The notes beneath the pieces are model-generated. The model was given only the letters and a program-made list of their open reading frames with translations. It did not search any database and was not told the DNA's origin. A stretch of 63,346 nt of DNA, the filler included, from Bigelowiella natans CCMP2755 (lineage: Eukaryota > Protista > Cercozoa): assembly GCA_000320545.1 (NCBI GenBank). It is 3 parts of 3 records of this genome, joined end to end, with 100 filler letters (N's around TTAATTAATTAA, not from the genome) between each part and the next. Parts side by side here need not be neighbours in the genome. Positions count along the whole stretch, not along the records: positions 60,995 to 63,346 come from ADNK01002385.1; 2 more parts are not named here. One strand, 5' to 3'. Shown one piece after another: positions 61,881-63,346 of this stretch. The stretch's first letter is position 1; each line of letters starts with the position of its first letter. The translations under genes were made by a program, and so were the position numbers.

Positions 61881-62095
61881 CAGTTTTTATCATTTTTGCA
61901 TCATATCTGCAAATCAATATTTTCTTTCAGCATGATACACACACACACACACACACGCAACCACGGGCATGGAGCAATAGATAAACGATATGTAAGAACT
62001 AAAGGATGTTGATTTCTTAGGGAGCAGCACTCAGCTCTAAAGGTGTGTTTGATTTGTAGTTTATAATATTATATATGGACATTTATTTATTTATG

Positions 62096-62135
<40 letters not shown>

Positions 62136-62197
62136 TATCCCAGTATACATATTTTTGAATATCTGTAGTCATACTACAAACTCCGCATATGTATAGA

Positions 62198-62228
<31 letters not shown>

Positions 62229-62642
62229 GATATTTGTAAAACGTGCACGTAAATCATTGATAGATTGCTCCCAAAGTATATGTGTGGCGACATTATATAA
62301 TTTACGTATATTTAATATAACATATCTGCCAAAACCTGAGAATGGCGTGCATTTAGGAGTGCGGCTGGGGCAAAGAAGCATGGGTATTTACCGATGATAA
62401 AAATTACCTTTTGCTTCCAAAAAAACAAAAAACCATTTTATTGTGGTAAGTTCTGTTTGCTAAAGCTACTGAGGGCTGAGCATTTAGCTGGATGGATTGA
62501 CACGCAATGATGCATACCTCTTGGGAAAGATGCGTGGTTGAGAGAGCTGTGTATATCATGCAGGGACGTTGCTCGCTAACTCACTTCGAGATGCCCTTGG
62601 AGCAAATGCTTGCATGATTCCGGCAGGTCTAACTCACATTCG

Positions 62643-62687
<45 letters not shown>

Positions 62688-62797
62688 TATATATGTGAGG
62701 GTTCGTGTTGTTTATTGAATCATAAATGTGAGGAATTGTCCGTATTGCAATGATCAGGAATGATAAGAGGAAATGCCGACTATCCAGTAAGTGACTA

Positions 62798-62835
<38 letters not shown>

Positions 62836-63346
62836 ATGTTTGTATTTTGGCGTGCGTGTTAAAGCAAATTCAGAGAAATGCGTTTAAATACTGTGCTATT
62901 TTTTGTGAGGAGGGAGATCCCTTTCGCATCTTGTATGATTCTAATCGACGGTGTGTTGTCATCATCATTATCATCAACGTCGTCATCGTCATCTGTGCAA
63001 AGGCGGAGATGGAATATCTGACATATGCTCATCTAAAGAAGGTAGAGTGATGACAAACGATTGCCATCAACGGGTTATGTGTGTGTGTGTGGGGGGGGGG
63101 GGGGGGTAAAATTTGTTTTCCCTTGGGGGCGAAACCCTGACTCTCCCTGGTATAGGAGCTGCCTTTTCCCCCCAAGGGTGTGATCAAATAGTGGATTAAT
63201 AAATAAAAATAATTGGGGGACAAGGGGGACCTCTTAACCCGGGGTGAGGAAAAATATTAATACCATCCCATTAATAATAAAAAGGAAAAAATGCATAATT
63301 AGGACCTGCCTATATATATATATATATATATATAAATATATTTTAA

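Overview
Eukaryotic (protist-like) nuclear DNA: gene-dense, intron-rich and full of microsatellites, with two artificial 100-nt N/TTAATTAATTAA contig spacers. Exon chains were read by eye, so gene ends are approximate. Recognisable genes are a ricin-B plus PHB-depolymerase-like esterase, a two-WW-domain protein, two head-to-head paralogous multi-pass membrane proteins, RAD18, a PhyH-family 2OG-Fe(II) dioxygenase, GHITM, a REEP/YOP1 protein, CRYZL1, a large LRR-multi-TM receptor, a 3xCUB multi-TM protein and the 3' half of WDR24. The most striking signal is a ~6.2 kb island (about 40960-47210) holding decayed Ty1/copia sequence from which the dinucleotide TpA has almost vanished: I count 5 TA in 41101-47000, where hundreds are expected. 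Conserved Tyr codons there read as His or Cys, implying TA->CA/TG hypermutation, the reverse of fungal RIP. Surviving TAs lie mostly in TAGC/GCTA. A weaker form of the same signature marks a MITE and several convergent intergenic regions, while host gene repeats are spared. This points to a targeted A:T->G:C mutator or a mutagenic A/T base mark on transposons and termination zones (inference). The second highlight is a divergent receptor pair that shares an inverted-duplicated upstream+signal peptide+CUB module; one member has 183-bp LRR repeats hypervariable only at predicted ligand-facing codons.
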